From: Rhodospirillales bacterium
Lineage (GTDB): Bacteria; Pseudomonadota; Alphaproteobacteria; Rhodospirillales; UBA2165
DNA length: 64,000 nt
Reading direction: 5' to 3'
Assembly (NCBI GenBank): GCA_022822205.1
Contig: JAJECC010000047.1
Span: 6,628-70,627 of the forward strand
The notes beneath the pieces were generated by a model. It was not told the DNA's origin and did no database searches. It saw only the letters and a program-made list of their open reading frames with translations. The translations under genes and the position numbers were made by a program. Shown piece by piece: positions 18,087 to 26,965 of the stretch; position 1 is the stretch's first letter; every line of letters starts with the position of its first letter.

Positions 18087-18698
18087 ATGCCGATGAGCGA
18101 CGAAATGATCGAGCGCCTTACGATCCGCGAGCTTGTGGAAAACTGGGCCATATGGCGGGATTCGGGCGATTGGGAGCGGTTCCGCACGGTCTGGCACGAT
18201 GACGGGCGGATGATGGCGACCTGGCTTCAGGCCGATCGCGATACGTTCATTGCCGGTTCCAGGAAGGTGTTCGAGAGCGACGTCAGCATCATCCACTTTC
18301 TGGGTGGCACCACATCGGATATCGCCGGCAACCGGGCCATTGCGCAGACCAAGATGACCATCAACCAGCGGGCCGAGGTCGAGGGTGTGTGGTGCGACGT
18401 GGTCTGTCTCGGCCGGTTTTATGATTTCCTGGAAAAGCGGGACGGCAGGTGGGGGTTCGTGGTGCGTCAGCCGATCTACGAAAAGGACTGGATCGCGCCT
18501 CTCGACCCGGGCGCGACGCTCACGCTGGATCAATCCATTCTCGACAGCTATCCCGTCGGCTACCGGCATCTGGCCTATTTACAGGCCGGTCTCGGCTATG
18601 ACGTCAAGCGGGACATGCCCGGCCTCAAGGGGCCGGAGGTCGAAGCGCTTTACGCGCACGGCAAGGCCTGGCTGGAGGGCAAGCCGCTGGAAATGTGA
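18087..18698 (+). CDS. NTF2/SnoaL-like protein
   Basis: IRELVENW, DWERFRTVWHDDG, HFLGG, GRFYDFLEKRDGRW, YEKD. Confidence 0.75.
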   Translation: MPMSDEMIERLTIRELVENWAIWRDSGDWERFRTVWHDDGRMMATWLQADRDTFIAGSRKVFESDVSIIHFLGGTTSDIAGNRAIAQTKMTINQRAEVEGVWCDVVCLGRFYDFLEKRDGRWGFVVRQPIYEKDWIAPLDPGATLTLDQSILDSYPVGYRHLAYLQAGLGYDVKRDMPGLKGPEVEALYAHGKAWLEGKPLEM

Positions 18699-19331
18699 CT
18701 ATGACTGGCGTTTCGAAAACGCGAGCCACACGCCGCCGGCGATCAGGAACGTGCCGCTGATCCGCTCCAGCAGTTTCAGCCGCGGCGCGGTCAGCCACTT
18801 TCCCAAGCCGCCCGCGGCCAAGGCGTAAACGCCGTCGGAAATCGTCGAGATAACCATGAACGTGACACCCAGAAACAAGGTTTGGGCGAGCGCGCCGCCG
18901 CCGGGCGTAATGAACTGCGGGATCAGCGCCCCGAATAACAGCAACGCCTTGGGATTGGAGAGCAGTACCAGCGCACCTTGCCAGACCAGGGAATGGGTTT
19001 TGGGTGCGTCGGACCCGTCACCCTCGGCCGGATTGAATCCGCCGGAACGCCAGAGCTTGATGCCCAGCCAAATGAGATAGGCGGCCCCCGCCAATCGAAT
19101 TATCTCGAACACCCAGGCAGCCTGCCGGACGACCACCTCCAATCCGGCCGCGAGTATCGCCAACAGCAACAGCAGGCCGACCTGCGTTCCCGCCACAACG
19201 AGCATGCCCGCACGCGGGCCGTGGCGGAGGGAGTTTGCGACGATCACCGTCAGCGTCGGCCCCGGCGCCAGGACGATGGCGATGCAGGCTAGGACGTAGG
19301 TGACGTAGGCGGCGAACTCGATACCGAGCAT
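18699..19331 (-). CDS. LysE family translocator
   Basis: APGPT, GAAYLIWLG, LSNPKALL motifs. Confidence 0.88.
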   Translation of the reverse strand: MLGIEFAAYVTYVLACIAIVLAPGPTLTVIVANSLRHGPRAGMLVVAGTQVGLLLLLAILAAGLEVVVRQAAWVFEIIRLAGAAYLIWLGIKLWRSGGFNPAEGDGSDAPKTHSLVWQGALVLLSNPKALLLFGALIPQFITPGGGALAQTLFLGVTFMVISTISDGVYALAAGGLGKWLTAPRLKLLERISGTFLIAGGVWLAFSKRQS

Positions 19332-19336
19332 GGAAC

Positions 19337-20182
19337 CTAGGCCAGCGCGCCCGACTGGAAATCCCGCACCGCCTGCTCCAGTTCCCGGCGGGTATTCATG
19401 ACGAACGGCCCGTAACGGGCCACCGGCTCATTGATCGGCCGGCCCTCGCAATAGAGGATTTGCGCGCCGTCAGGTCCCGCCGTGACGCTGACCTCTCCTT
19501 CGCCGTGAAACACCGCCACCGAGGGCGCCGGCGCCTGCTGATCCCGTCCCAAATTGTCGGCGGCGGTGATGGATCCCTCATGAACGCACATGAAGAGACC
19601 ATTGCCGGTATCGGTCATGGCCGTCCAGTCGGCGTTCGGCTCCAGGGTTACATCCAGCAAACGGATCGGCGTATGCGCCCGGGCCGGGCCGGTGATGCCG
19701 TCGTACTCCCCGGCAAACACCCGGACCACGCCGCCTTCGACATGGGCCGAGGGCACGTCGTTCGCCGGAATATCCTGATAGCGGGGCTCGGTCATCTTGA
19801 GCGCCGCCGGCAGATTGACCCAGAGCTGGAAGCCGCGCAGCCGGCCCTCGATCATCTCCGGCATCTCGGAGTGGATGATGCCCTTGCCCGCGGTCATCCA
19901 CTGGATGTCGCCCGGGCCCAGCACGCCCTCGTTGCCCACCGAGTCCTTATGCCGCACCAGCCCCTCGAACATGATGGTCACGGTCTCGAACCCCCGGTGG
20001 GGATGGTCCGGAAACCCCGCCATATAGGTGTCCGGGTCGTCATTGTTCATCCTGTCGAGCATGAGAAACGGGTCGACCATGTCGAGGGACGGGGTGCCGA
20101 TCATTCGGGTCAGCTGGACGCCGGCGCCATCTGAAGTGGGCATGCCGGCGTGAACCTGGGTCAGCGTACGCTTTTCGGACAT
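19337..20182 (-). CDS. Pirin family protein
   Basis: DPFLMLD, FPDHPHRGFETVT, WMTAGKGIIHSE, FQLWVNLP, GPFVMNT. Confidence 0.92.
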   Translation of the reverse strand: MSEKRTLTQVHAGMPTSDGAGVQLTRMIGTPSLDMVDPFLMLDRMNNDDPDTYMAGFPDHPHRGFETVTIMFEGLVRHKDSVGNEGVLGPGDIQWMTAGKGIIHSEMPEMIEGRLRGFQLWVNLPAALKMTEPRYQDIPANDVPSAHVEGGVVRVFAGEYDGITGPARAHTPIRLLDVTLEPNADWTAMTDTGNGLFMCVHEGSITAADNLGRDQQAPAPSVAVFHGEGEVSVTAGPDGAQILYCEGRPINEPVARYGPFVMNTRRELEQAVRDFQSGALA

Positions 20183-20207
20183 TTCCTGGATTCCCTATCC
20201 CCCTGAG

Positions 20208-20246
20208 CGATCAAGCTGGCCGATCAAGCTGGCCGATCAAGCTGGC
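20208..20246. repeat. Tandem repeat, 3 x 13 bp CGATCAAGCTGGC
   Basis: Exact copies at 20208-20220, 20221-20233 and 20234-20246, no spacers. Confidence 0.9.
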
Positions 20247-20318
20247 GTGAGCGATATTGTGAGACTACCTGCTCAGGAGGTAGTCTTTTCACCGCATCCA
20301 CGCAAGAAGGAACGGAAA

Positions 20319-21137
20319 ATGCTCGACCAGCCGGAAACCATCACGGGGACTCTCACCTTCGCCGTCGATATCGGCGAAAAACCGGTCACCTACCCGGAAA
20401 AGGACGTCAACGACCCGACCCGCGCCACCGGCAAATATGAAGACCGGGAGGTTGAGCTCCACAACGGGCGCCTGATCCGCGATCGGCTCAGCCTCGACAC
20501 CGAAGGTTTCCTGCTGATCGACAGCAAGACGGCGACCACCGATTTCTACGACGAAGACGCCGTCAAAGGCGCTTACTACGACGAATGCATGGCCATCGTG
20601 AAGGAACATACCGGCGCCGATGAGATCGTGGTCATCGACCACACCATCCGGGTTCAGGACGAGGCAAAGCGCAAGGCGATGGATGTCCGCGCGCCGGTGC
20701 CGTCGGTGCACAACGACTTCACCGACTGGTCCGGACGCAAACGGGTGCATGACATCTTTCCCGAGGACGAGGCCGAAGACCGGCTGACCCGCCGGGTGGT
20801 GAGCGTCAATGTCTGGCGGCCGATCATGGAGCCGGTGATGACCGATCCCCTGGTTCTCTGCGATGCGACGACCCTCGGCGAAGGCGATCTCATCGCCGCC
20901 GATCATATCTACAGCTATCGGCGGGGCGAAACCTTCCGGGTCGCCCATTCGGACGGCCAGAAATGGTACTTCTTCCCCGAGATGACCATGAGCGAAGCGG
21001 TTCTGATCAAGTGCTTCGACACCGAGACCGACCGTACCCGGTTCAATGCTCACGGCGCCGCCCGCATTGCCGAGCCTGAGGGCGTCGCCCCTCGGGAAAG
21101 CATCGAGGTCCGCACTCTCGCCTTCTTCAACGACTAG
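20319..21137 (+). CDS. CmcJ/NvfI (AsaB-like) Fe(II)/2OG-type oxidoreductase
   Basis: LDTEGF, VHNDFT (HxD), NVWRP, PLVLCD, AHGA, RESIEVR; start re-set to ATG 20319. Confidence 0.78.
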   Translation: MLDQPETITGTLTFAVDIGEKPVTYPEKDVNDPTRATGKYEDREVELHNGRLIRDRLSLDTEGFLLIDSKTATTDFYDEDAVKGAYYDECMAIVKEHTGADEIVVIDHTIRVQDEAKRKAMDVRAPVPSVHNDFTDWSGRKRVHDIFPEDEAEDRLTRRVVSVNVWRPIMEPVMTDPLVLCDATTLGEGDLIAADHIYSYRRGETFRVAHSDGQKWYFFPEMTMSEAVLIKCFDTETDRTRFNAHGAARIAEPEGVAPRESIEVRTLAFFND

Positions 21138-21148
21138 GAGGACCGCCA

Positions 21149-21691
21149 ATGGCAAAGGCTGTTTGGAACGGCGAGGTGATCGCCGAGAGCGACGACATCG
21201 TCATGGTCGAGGCCAATCCCTATTTCCCGATCGGCTCGGTGAAGGACGGGGTGCTGACCAAGAGCGACAGCCCCCGCACCTTTTGTCATTGGAAGGGCTT
21301 CGCCGATTACTATGACGTAACGGTGGGCGAAGCGGCCAACGAATGCGCGGCCTGGTACTACGATGAACCCTACGAGCAGGCGACCGAGATCAAGGGCCGG
21401 GTGGCGTTCTGGAACGGCGTCGAGATCGAAGGGGCGCCGGAGGACAGGGGCAAGTTCGAACCGGAACCCAGCCGGCTCGGCAACCTCACCGGCTGGCCGG
21501 CCCTATGCTGGCTGTTGCGGCACCCGGAGAAAGCCGAGTTCACGGCGTCCGAAGTGGAGGAAATCACCAAGATCCCGGCGGCGGACCTGCCGGCGGCGTT
21601 CCAGGTCTTCGACGTCCAGCGCTACGCCACCCGCTACGAGTGGTCGCTGGAGGGCGAAGGCGCCGGCCTACTGCTCAAGAAGGCGGTCTAG
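21149..21691 (+). CDS. DUF427 domain protein with C-terminal extension
   Basis: KAVWNGEVIAESD, YFP, TFCHWKGFADYYD, AAWYY, IKGRVAFW, then about 85 extra residues. Confidence 0.78.
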   Translation: MAKAVWNGEVIAESDDIVMVEANPYFPIGSVKDGVLTKSDSPRTFCHWKGFADYYDVTVGEAANECAAWYYDEPYEQATEIKGRVAFWNGVEIEGAPEDRGKFEPEPSRLGNLTGWPALCWLLRHPEKAEFTASEVEEITKIPAADLPAAFQVFDVQRYATRYEWSLEGEGAGLLLKKAV

Positions 21692-21745
21692 GTTCAGGAC
21701 TCGATTGAGACACCGTAGGAGTGGTGCGGCGATATGGACAGCGCT

Positions 21746-21862
21746 GGGTGAGGGGGAATTTCTTTATCACCCCCACACTCTTCTTCACCCCCACCCCAAC
21801 CCGCCCCCTTCGAGGGGGAGGGGAATTTTTCCTTAAGCCTCTCCGTCAGGGAGGGAGAGGCG
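21746..21862. repeat. REP-like GC-rich palindromic element(s) between convergent genes
   Basis: CCCCACCCCAACCCGCCCCCT-TCG-AGGGGGAGGG core (hairpin 21804-21818) plus flanking GGGTGA/TCACCC and CCTCTCC/GGAGAGG arms. Confidence 0.45.
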
Positions 21863-21864
21863 GC

Positions 21865-22512
21865 TCAGCCGAGGGCCTCGAGATCGGCCAGGGTCTTTTC
21901 GGGCTCGGGCCGGGTCGTGTAGTTCGGGTGAATATCGGCCGCCCGGACGACGCCGGAGCCGTCGATCACCAGCCGCGAAGGTATGGGCAGCGTCCAGCTG
22001 TCGTCGCCGTTGGTTCCCGGAAGGTCGAGACCGAAACCCTCGTAAATCTTCTTCACTTCGTCCGGCACCTGGAACTTGATGCCGAGTTCGGCGGCATAGT
22101 TGTTGCCGGCGTCGGTGAGGATGTCGAAGGTCAGGTCGTGCTTCTCGACCATGGCCTGGGTCTTTTCGGCCAGCTGGGGGCAGAGCGCCAGCAAGGTCGC
22201 GCCGGCGGCTTCGATCTGGTCCTGTACTTCCTGCAAAGCATACAGCTCCGCATTACAGTAGGGTCACCATTCCCCCCGATAAACGGTCAGGACCACCGGG
22301 CCCTTGGCCAGCAGATCGGCCGAATTCACCGTCTCGCCCCGCGAATTGGGCAGCGAGAAAGCCGGCAGGGTGTCGCCGGCCTGGATGCAGGTATCGAGGA
22401 TACCGGATTCCGCCAGTTCCTTGGTCGCGGCGCCCATGACGGCCCGAACCTCTTCCGGCATCCGCTTGGCGCCGGCCTCGCGGATGGCGGCAAGTTTTTC
22501 TTCTAAGCTCAT
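21865..22512 (-). CDS. Peroxiredoxin-like (AhpC/TSA-redoxin) selenoprotein, 215 aa, U83-x-x-C86; merges ORFs 22264..22512 and 21865..22236
   Basis: Same frame across TGA 22266-22264: VYRGEW-U-PYCNAELYALQ, equivalent to the family RGxWCPYC motif; LPAFSLPN upstream and LPIPSRLVIDGSG downstream complete the fold. Confidence 0.9.
22225..22263 (-). promoter_or_regulatory. Bacterial SECIS-like hairpin
   Basis: mRNA after UGA: UGCGGAGC (+12..+19) pairs with GCUUUGCA (+25..+32), including two G-U pairs; loop UGUAU with G at position 2, 19 nt from the UGA. Confidence 0.62.
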
Positions 22513-22635
22513 TTAATTCTCCACGTTTCACTCAGGTCTTGATCCTGAGACTGTCTCCACTTTAGAGCAGGGATCGAGCCTTGGCGATAACGTTCCAGGC
22601 GGTGCGTTCCGCCGCATCCGGTCCGCGGAGCCGGG

Positions 22636-23640
22636 CTATTCGGCGGCGTCAAATTCGCCGTAATGGGGATAGGTGTTGGCCATGTACCAGCGATAGAATT
22701 CCCAGTAGGACTCGGTCGGGTACTTGGGCGGATTATCGGGCCCGGTACAGGTGGGCAGACATTCGCACACCGGCTCGAACGCACTGTTCACAAACAGCGC
22801 GATGGAGTAGCGGTCCGCGTCCCTGGGCGGAATGACCCGGTGGGGCGTGGCGCGGAACCGGTCGTTGGACCAGCGCTCCAGAAACTGACCGGTATTGACC
22901 AGAATGGCGTCGTCCATGCGCGGCGGGCGGAACCAGTTGCCGTCCACGTCGAGAATTTCCAGCCCGTCCACGTCGGCCTGCGGCAGAAAGGTCATGAAAC
23001 CCGTATCGGCATGGGGGCCGAGGCCGAACTCGTTGTCCCCCAAATCCGGCACCGGCGGATAGTGAGCCATCCGGAAATAGGTGTAGTTGTTCTCGAAATA
23101 CGGTTTGAAGAAGTCCTTCTCCAAATCCAGCGCCGTCGCCCAAACCGGCAACAGTGTCTTGCCGAGATTCGTCAGCGTGGTCATGTAGTCCCGAACCGTT
23201 TCCCGGAAACCTGGCAGATCGTCCGGCCACTGGTTTTCATCGTAGAAGAATTTGCCTGCCTGCCGGTTGGGGTCGTCTTCGGGATATTCGGTCGCGAACA
23301 CCATCACTTCGGTGCTGTCGAACTTGGTGTTCTCGTTGTAGGTGGAGTGCTTGACCATGGTGAAGCCGGGCTTGATATAGCCCCGCTGATTCATGTTGAT
23401 CTCGAGCTTCATCTTTTCTTCGATGGGCAGATCGTGAAAGCGCCGGGTCTCGGAGAATATCCGCTCGATCAGGTCGTCACCGACGCCATGATTGCGGATG
23501 AAAAAGAAGCCGACATTCTCGCACGCATCGCGGAATTGATCGGCCAATGCTTCCAGCGCGCCCTCCCCGCCCGCGAGAAAGGGGCCGATATCGAGCACCG
23601 GCAGCTCACCGATTTCGACTAAGCGATCGTCACTTGCCAT
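22636..23640 (-). CDS. Isopenicillin N synthase family 2OG-Fe(II) dioxygenase
   Basis: GFFFIRNHGV, GPHADTGF (HxD), ATPHRV, RYS motif. Confidence 0.88.
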   Translation of the reverse strand: MASDDRLVEIGELPVLDIGPFLAGGEGALEALADQFRDACENVGFFFIRNHGVGDDLIERIFSETRRFHDLPIEEKMKLEINMNQRGYIKPGFTMVKHSTYNENTKFDSTEVMVFATEYPEDDPNRQAGKFFYDENQWPDDLPGFRETVRDYMTTLTNLGKTLLPVWATALDLEKDFFKPYFENNYTYFRMAHYPPVPDLGDNEFGLGPHADTGFMTFLPQADVDGLEILDVDGNWFRPPRMDDAILVNTGQFLERWSNDRFRATPHRVIPPRDADRYSIALFVNSAFEPVCECLPTCTGPDNPPKYPTESYWEFYRWYMANTYPHYGEFDAAE

Positions 23641-23773
23641 GACCTAAGGCTCCCAGTTGGCCGTCCACATGCGTTCGATACTTGGCCACTCTTCTTCGGG
23701 TGGACATTTGCCTGCTATTGAACGCTAATTCAACCGGAATTTGAAGCCATATCGAACTTTGAGGATAAACGGA

Positions 23774-24667
23774 ATGGGACAAGTGGCGGGCATCATCGGC
23801 TTGGGCATCATGGGATCGGCCTTCAGCCGAAATATGATGAAGAACGGCGTACAGGTCGTCGGTTACGACATCGATGACGGCAAATTGAGCGGCCTGGCCA
23901 AGGAGGGGCTGACGCGGGCCGGGTCTCCGGCCGACGTCGCCCGCCAAGCGGACGTGGTGGTCACCTCCCTTCCCTCGCCGGCCGCTTTCCACGCGGTGAT
24001 GACCGGGGAGAATGGTCTCGCCTCGTCGGGCAAGGCCGGTCTGGTGGTCGCCGACACCTGCACCCTCACCGTCGAGGACAAGCAGACGGCGTTCGATGCC
24101 CTCGCGCCCCATGACGTCATCCTGCTTGACTGTCCGGTGAGCGGTACCGGCGCGCAGGCCGCCAACGCCGATCTGGCCATACTCGGGTCGGGCGACGAGG
24201 CGGCCTTCCGGAAAGCAAAACCCATACTCGAGAGCTTTTCGCGAAACGCACACTATGTCGGCGCCTTCGGCAACGGCTCCAAGACCAAATACGTCGCCAA
24301 CCTGCTGGTTGCCATCCACAACGTGTCGGCCGCCGAGGCATTGGTGTTGGGACAAAAGGCGGGGTTGGACCCGGCAACCTTGCTGGCTGTCCTTCAGGAT
24401 GGCGCCGGGAACTCCCGCATGCTGGAAATGCGGGGACCGATGATGGTGGCCAACGACTACGATTCGAAGGTGTCCGCCACCATGATCACCCAGGACAAGG
24501 ACATGGGGATCATCGACGCTTTCATCGACGGCGTGGGCGCGCCCGCCCCGTTATTCAAGGCAACGCTGGACCTGTACAAGGCCGCGCTGTCCCAGGGATG
24601 GGAGAACAGCGATACCGCCTCGGTCTGCGCGGTACTGGAGAACATGGCGGGCATGGAACGCGATTGA
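23774..24667 (+). CDS. NAD(P)-dependent beta-hydroxyacid dehydrogenase (3-hydroxyisobutyrate dehydrogenase family)
   Basis: IGLGIMG, LDCPVSG, TKYVANLL motifs. Confidence 0.85.
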   Translation: MGQVAGIIGLGIMGSAFSRNMMKNGVQVVGYDIDDGKLSGLAKEGLTRAGSPADVARQADVVVTSLPSPAAFHAVMTGENGLASSGKAGLVVADTCTLTVEDKQTAFDALAPHDVILLDCPVSGTGAQAANADLAILGSGDEAAFRKAKPILESFSRNAHYVGAFGNGSKTKYVANLLVAIHNVSAAEALVLGQKAGLDPATLLAVLQDGAGNSRMLEMRGPMMVANDYDSKVSATMITQDKDMGIIDAFIDGVGAPAPLFKATLDLYKAALSQGWENSDTASVCAVLENMAGMERD

Positions 24668-24742
24668 TTCGGCCCGGCCGATCGACAAATCCCGACAGGC
24701 GCGGCCATGGTCACGGCCCGGGAAACGCGCTAAACCAGACAG

Positions 24743-25531
24743 GTGAACGAAACGGCAAATCCCAAGATCCGGCTCGAGGGCGTGACCAAGAGCTTTGGTG
24801 ACGAGCATGTCCTGCGCGGCATCGATTTGGAAGTCGGCGACGGCGAGTCGGTGGTGCTTGTCGGCCCGTCGGCCTGCGGCAAGACCCTGTTGTTCAAATG
24901 TATACTCGGACTGATCCCGCCCGATTCCGGTTCGATCAAGATCGACGGCGAGGAAACCGTCGGCCTCGCCCCCGACGAGAGGGAACCGCTATTGCGGCGG
25001 GTCGGTATGCTGTTTCAGCAGTCCGCCCTGTTCGACAGCTTGAGCATTTGGGAGAACGTCGCCTTCCGGCTGATTCAAAGCAATCGGGTGCCGCGTACCG
25101 AGGCGCGCCGGCTGGCGGTGGAAAAGCTCTCACAAGTAGGAATGGACCCGGAGGTCGCCGACCTGTTGCCGGCGGAACTTTCGGGCGGCATGCAGAAGCG
25201 GGTCGGATTTGCCCGGGCGATTGCAGGCGATCCCGAGATCGTCTTCCTCGACGAGCCCACCGCCGGCCTCGATCCGATCATGAGCAATATCATCAACGAG
25301 TTGATCCTGGACGGGGTCCGCCGGCTAGGCGCGACGACGCTGTCGATCACGTCGGACATGTCGGGCGCCCGGAAGATTTCCGACCGTATCGCCATGCTCC
25401 ATGACGGCAAGATCATCTGGCAGGGACCAACGGATCAGGTGGATGCCGCCGACAACCCCTATCTCGATCAGTTCATCCACAGCCGCGCCGAAGGCCCCAT
25501 CGAGACGGTGATCACCCCCGACCCTGCCTGA
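24743..25531 (+). CDS. MlaF/Mkl-type ABC transporter ATP-binding protein
   Basis: Walker A GPSACGKT, LSGGMQKRVGFARA, DEPTAGLDPIM; the H-loop position reads TSDM instead of THDM. Confidence 0.85.
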   Translation: MNETANPKIRLEGVTKSFGDEHVLRGIDLEVGDGESVVLVGPSACGKTLLFKCILGLIPPDSGSIKIDGEETVGLAPDEREPLLRRVGMLFQQSALFDSLSIWENVAFRLIQSNRVPRTEARRLAVEKLSQVGMDPEVADLLPAELSGGMQKRVGFARAIAGDPEIVFLDEPTAGLDPIMSNIINELILDGVRRLGATTLSITSDMSGARKISDRIAMLHDGKIIWQGPTDQVDAADNPYLDQFIHSRAEGPIETVITPDPA

Positions 25532-25580
25532 CAGCCGCCAAGTGCTTGCCGCTCCCCCGCTGAAGTGATAGCCAAATTGA

Positions 25581-26378
25581 ATGTCCAGCCCTACGCCGAG
25601 ACCCCTTGTCGGAATTCCCACCAGCGTCATGGAGATTACCGGCCGCAGTCATCGGGCCCATTACATCGGCCTGAACTACCCGGAGGCGGCGGCTGTGTTC
25701 TCCGGAGCGATGCCCGTCCTCCTGCCCGCCCGCGCGCATGACCTCGACGTCGAAGGAACCTGCGCACAGATCGACGGACTGCTGCTCTCCGGCGGGCGCG
25801 CGAACATCGAGCCTCATCACTACGGGGGGCCGCCGTTTCCCGACGACGAACCCATCGATCCCGATCGGGACAACGTGGTCCTGCCGCTGATCCGCGGCTG
25901 CGTCGATGCCGGTGTGCCGGTCTTCGGAACCTGCCGCGGCCTGCAGGAGATGAATGTCGCTCTCGGCGGAAGCCTGCACTACCGGATTCATTTGCTGCCC
26001 GGCAAGTTGGACCACCGGATGCCGCGGGGCGACGACGTCACCACCGAAGAGGTCATGGGTCTCAAACACACCGTCAAACTGACGAGCGGCGGCCTGTTTC
26101 ATTCCCTCGTCGGCAAAGACGAGGTGATGGTCAATTCGCTGCACGGTCAGGGCGTGGACCGGCTCGCGGGCGGCTTGGAGGTGGAAGCCGTATCGCCGGA
26201 CGGGGTCATCGAAGGAATTAACCTGGTGGGCGCCAAGTCGTTTGCCATCGGTGTGCAATGGCACGCCGAATGGAAGCCCGGCGAACATGAACTGTCGAGA
26301 AAGCTGTTCAAGGCCTTCGGGGACGCGGCGCGGGAACGGGCCGCCAAACGGCGCAACGGCGTCGGGTCAATCGATTAG
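25581..26378 (+). CDS. Gamma-glutamyl-gamma-aminobutyrate hydrolase family (PuuD-like, peptidase C26)
   Basis: DGLLLSGG, GTCRGLQEMNVALGGSL, VNSLHGQG, GVQWHAEW. Confidence 0.88.
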   Translation: MSSPTPRPLVGIPTSVMEITGRSHRAHYIGLNYPEAAAVFSGAMPVLLPARAHDLDVEGTCAQIDGLLLSGGRANIEPHHYGGPPFPDDEPIDPDRDNVVLPLIRGCVDAGVPVFGTCRGLQEMNVALGGSLHYRIHLLPGKLDHRMPRGDDVTTEEVMGLKHTVKLTSGGLFHSLVGKDEVMVNSLHGQGVDRLAGGLEVEAVSPDGVIEGINLVGAKSFAIGVQWHAEWKPGEHELSRKLFKAFGDAARERAAKRRNGVGSID

Positions 26379-26385
26379 CAGGCGG

Positions 26386-26844
26386 CTAGGAGGCCGGTAG
26401 GTTGTCTTCCAGCGCGGTTCGCAGGTCCCCCTCGATCCGCGATGCCTTCCCCGTCTCCGCATCCACGCTGACGGTGATGGTCTCGGCGACGGCGATGCAT
26501 TTGTCTCCCTGAAATATCCCCTGCCCCATCGTATAGGAACTGCCGCCGACCCGCAGGACGACGGTTCCCACATCAACCTCACCCGGGTAGCTCAACTCCG
26601 AAACATATTCCACGGTGAACTTCACCACCACGAAGCCGGCGAGAATATCCACGGCGTCGCCAGGCATCTTGACAATACGGAAGTCGACCCGGCCGTCCTC
26701 GAAGAATTGGTTGATGGCGATGTTGTTGACATGGTTGTTGGGGTCGAGATCGTTGTAGCGGATTCGCTCGGTGACCCAAGTCGCATAGCCCCCGCGGGTT
26801 CGCAATGCGGGGTCGGGGGCCGGTGCAGGTGTCGTGTCGTTCAT
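26386..26844 (-). CDS. Acyl-CoA thioesterase (hotdog fold)
   Basis: RIRYNDLDPNNHVNN, RVGGSS. Confidence 0.82.
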   Translation of the reverse strand: MNDTTPAPAPDPALRTRGGYATWVTERIRYNDLDPNNHVNNIAINQFFEDGRVDFRIVKMPGDAVDILAGFVVVKFTVEYVSELSYPGEVDVGTVVLRVGGSSYTMGQGIFQGDKCIAVAETITVSVDAETGKASRIEGDLRTALEDNLPAS

Positions 26845-26965
26845 GGAAGCGTTTTACTTGGCCGGAACCGTTTCGGCGAGCACGGATCGCATGGACGCCG
26901 CCAAGCCCATTTCATCCCGCAGGCGATCGCGGGAGTCCGGCGCCCGGCGCGGCATCCGTTGCCGG

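Noticed and set aside
20208-20246. CRISPR array
   Set aside because: Repeats are 13 bp, directly abutting, with no spacers and no cas genes
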